This document shows positions 61,277 through 64,000 of a DNA stretch of 64,000 bases, in pieces (the stretch's first letter is position 1; the number at the start of each line of letters is the position of its first letter). A program made the translations under genes and the position numbers. This DNA comes from an uncultured Gemmatimonadaceae bacterium (lineage in GTDB: Bacteria; Gemmatimonadota; Gemmatimonadetes; Gemmatimonadales; Gemmatimonadaceae). The notes under the pieces are model-generated. The model saw nothing but the letters and a program-made list of their open reading frames with translations, had not been told where the DNA came from and did no database searches. The DNA lies in contig CAVVTZ010000007.1 in NCBI GenBank assembly GCA_963751275.1, forward strand, positions 640,001 through 704,000, read 5' to 3'.

Positions 61277-63931
61277 ATGCCGCTGAACTCGACGCTCTCC
61301 GCCTTCTGGCGGAATCTCTTCCACCGCGACGCCGCCGAACGTGAGCTGGACGATGAGCTGCGCTCGTACGTGGACCTGCTCACCGCGGAGAAAGTTCGCG
61401 CGGGCGCCACGCCCGAAGCGGCGCGGCGGGAAGCGATGCTCGAGGTGGGTGGCCTGGAGAACGTGAAGGAGAACGTGCGCGAGATCCGCGCCGGAGAATT
61501 CGTGGAATCGGTGCTCCGCGACCTGCGTTACGCGCTGCGTTCGTTGGCCCGCACGCCATCGTTCACGCTCGCCGCGATCATCACGCTCGCGCTGGGGATC
61601 GGCGCGAGCACGGCGGTGTTCAGCGTCGTCAACGCGGTGCTGCTGCGCCCGCTCGCGTACAAGGAGCCGGACCGGCTCGTGGCGCTCTTCCACGGCGAAG
61701 AGAACGCCGTCGCGCCCGCGAACTACCTGGACTGGAAGGCGCAAAATCACGTGTTCTCGGACATGGGCGCCGCGGAATACTGGACGCCGAACCTCACCGA
61801 CGTGGATCAGCCGGAGAAAGTCTGGGCGCTGCACATGACGCCCAGCATGTTCCCGCTGCTCGGTGTCGCGCCCCTGCACGGACGCGTGCTCTCGCCCGAT
61901 GCCGGCGCGCCGGGACGCGACCACGAGGTGCTGGTGAGCTACGGATTCTGGCAGCGGCGCCTCGGCGGCCGCGCCGACGCCGTGGGCAAGACGCTCACGC
62001 TGGATGGCGCCCAGTACACGATCGTCGGCGTCATGCCGCAGAGCTTCCGCTTCGCGCCCTTCTGGGCGATCCACACGGAGATCTGGGTGCCGATGGACCT
62101 CACCGGGGACGTGTCGAACCGCACGCGCCAGTCGATGCGCATCTTCGGGCGCCTGCGCGACGGCGCGACGCTCGCGCAAGCGCAGGCCGAGATGACGGCG
62201 ATCACCGCGCGACTCGAGCAGCAATATCCCGGCACCAACCGCAACGTGAACGTGCGGTCGCTGAACGAGGTGGTGGTGGGCAACGTGCGCCCGACGCTGC
62301 TCGTGCTGCTCGGCGCCGTGGGCTTCGTGCTGCTCATCGCCTGCGCGAACGTGGCGCACATGCTGCTGGCGCGCGCGACGGCGCGCTATCGCGAGATGGC
62401 CGTGCGGAGCGCGCTCGGCGCGGGGCGCGGGCGGCTGCTGCGGCAGCTGCTCACGGAGAGCACCGTGCTGGCGCTCGCCGGTGGCGCGGCCGGCATCGGC
62501 GTGGCGGCGATGGGGCTCAAGGTGCTGATCGTGCAGAGTCCGGAGCGGCTCCCGAAGCTCGAGACGATCGCACTCGACGGCCGAGTGCTCCTGTTCGCAC
62601 TGTGCGTCTCGCTGTTCACGAGCGTCCTCTTCGGTCTCGTGCCGGCAATGCAGAGCGGGATGCGCGACCTGAACGATGCGCTGCGCGACGGGTCGCGCGG
62701 CTCGAGCGCGGGGATCCATCGCACGCAGCTGCGGAGCGCGCTCGTCGCGAGCGAATTCGCGCTCGCGCTGATGCTGCTCGTGGGCGCCGGCCTCATGATC
62801 AGGAGCTTCCGCGCGCTGCAGCACGTGAACCCGGGGTGGGATCCGCGCGGCGTCGCGACGATGGTGGTGTCGGTGGCGGGCAGCAAGGAAGAGGATCCCG
62901 CGCGCCGCAGCGGATTCTACCAGCAGATCGCCGAGCGCGTGGCGGCGATGCCGGGCGTGCGATCCGTGAGCGCGATCAATCACCTGCCGATCGCCGGCGA
63001 CATGTGGGGCTTGCCGTACCGCGCCGAGGGGAAGCCCATCCCGAAGCCGGGCGAATATCTCCATGCGACGTATCGCGTCGTGCTGCCGGCCTATTTCAAG
63101 ACGATGTCGCTGGCAGTGGTGCAGGGGCGCGACTTCGACGCGAACGATCGCGTCGGGTCGCCCGAGGCGATCATCGTGAACGAGGAGCTCGCTCGCATCA
63201 ATTGGCCGGGCGAGGATCCGATCGGCAAGCGCATGACGATCGTCACCGGCGACGAAGCGCCCGTGTGGAAGACCGTGGTGGGCGTCGTGAGGAATGCCGT
63301 GCGCGAAGATTGGACGGCGCCCTCCGAATCGGAGATGTACATCCCGTATCTGCAATCGCCGCTCTTCACGAGCGGCAAGGCATCGTGGATCGAGTATCTC
63401 ACCTTCGTCGCGCGCACGGACGGCGACCCGGCGGCGCTCACGCGCCAGATGCGGCGCGCGGTATCGGAGATCGACCCGAACGTCCCGGTATCGGAAGTGC
63501 AGACGATGGATGATGTGGTGAGCCACGCGAATGCGAGCGCGCGGTTCAATCTCCTGCTGCTGACGACTTTCGCCGGCGTGGCGCTCGCGCTCGCGGCGAT
63601 CGGGATCTACAGCGTGATCAGCTATGGCGTCACGCGGCGCACGCACGAGATCGGCATCCGCATGGCGCTCGGCGCCGGGCGGGGCGAGCTGCGCGCGATG
63701 ATCGTGCGACAGGGGCTCGGCGTCGCGCTGGCGGGCGCCGGCGCGGGATTGCTCGGCGCGCTCGCGCTCACCGGCGCGATCCGTTCGATGTTGTACGGCG
63801 TGGGGGCGACCGATCCGCTCACGTTCGTGTCCGTGAGCGCGGTGCTGATATTCGTGGCGCTGTGCGCGAGCTACCTGCCGGCGCGCCGCGCGACCCGCAT
63901 CGATCCGCTCACCGCGCTGCGGAGCGAGTAG
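61277..63931 (+). CDS. ADOP-type duplicated MacB/FtsX ABC permease
   Basis: [14 protein letters not shown] prefix, [35 protein letters not shown] and [14 protein letters not shown]. Confidence 0.95.
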   Translation: MPLNSTLSAFWRNLFHRDAAERELDDELRSYVDLLTAEKVRAGATPEAARREAMLEVGGLENVKENVREIRAGEFVESVLRDLRYALRSLARTPSFTLAAIITLALGIGASTAVFSVVNAVLLRPLAYKEPDRLVALFHGEENAVAPANYLDWKAQNHVFSDMGAAEYWTPNLTDVDQPEKVWALHMTPSMFPLLGVAPLHGRVLSPDAGAPGRDHEVLVSYGFWQRRLGGRADAVGKTLTLDGAQYTIVGVMPQSFRFAPFWAIHTEIWVPMDLTGDVSNRTRQSMRIFGRLRDGATLAQAQAEMTAITARLEQQYPGTNRNVNVRSLNEVVVGNVRPTLLVLLGAVGFVLLIACANVAHMLLARATARYREMAVRSALGAGRGRLLRQLLTESTVLALAGGAAGIGVAAMGLKVLIVQSPERLPKLETIALDGRVLLFALCVSLFTSVLFGLVPAMQSGMRDLNDALRDGSRGSSAGIHRTQLRSALVASEFALALMLLVGAGLMIRSFRALQHVNPGWDPRGVATMVVSVAGSKEEDPARRSGFYQQIAERVAAMPGVRSVSAINHLPIAGDMWGLPYRAEGKPIPKPGEYLHATYRVVLPAYFKTMSLAVVQGRDFDANDRVGSPEAIIVNEELARINWPGEDPIGKRMTIVTGDEAPVWKTVVGVVRNAVREDWTAPSESEMYIPYLQSPLFTSGKASWIEYLTFVARTDGDPAALTRQMRRAVSEIDPNVPVSEVQTMDDVVSHANASARFNLLLLTTFAGVALALAAIGIYSVISYGVTRRTHEIGIRMALGAGRGELRAMIVRQGLGVALAGAGAGLLGALALTGAIRSMLYGVGATDPLTFVSVSAVLIFVALCASYLPARRATRIDPLTALRSE

Positions 63932-64000
63932 CGGGTCGCGGGCGCCGGGCTCGCGATATCTATTCCAGCTCGATCCCGATGCCGCCGGTCCAGCCGGCCA

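Overview
GC-rich bacterial chromosomal segment. Gene content (PadR/ADOP permease pairs, futalosine-type menaquinone genes, several lineage-typical hypothetical proteins) suggests Gemmatimonadota; this is an inference. It holds about 60 mostly housekeeping genes: etfA, a type IV minor-pilin operon, a FadF-like Fe-S oxidoreductase, moeA/mobB/mobA/PTPS, gpmI, guaB, mrp, a MATE pump, an ECF sigma operon, ubiE/ubiD/ubiA/ubiX, a Cho/UvrC-like nuclease, mutM, purD, glmM, glmS and two PadR-ADOP modules. Many genes, including essential ones, carry single-base frameshifts best explained as long-read errors. I found no tRNA, rRNA, CRISPR array, transposase or integrase. The most notable observations are: (1) a c-di-GMP-I (GEMM-I) riboswitch whose P1 stem covers the Shine-Dalgarno of an M15 peptidase, at the end of a cell-wall cluster with a triple-SH3 protein and an active plus an apparently dead L,D-transpeptidase; (2) several intergenic elements built on a strict 7-bp register, including a two-copy long hairpin with a compensatory base change; (3) a roughly 155-nt hairpin with a perfect 41-bp stem next to the ECF sigma gene; (4) a SigW-type promoter between the sigma and anti-sigma genes; (5) three tandem paralogous membrane proteins of unknown function; (6) a degenerate adenylate-forming enzyme coupled to a chemoreceptor. 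All calls come from reading the sequence by eye; no searches were run.
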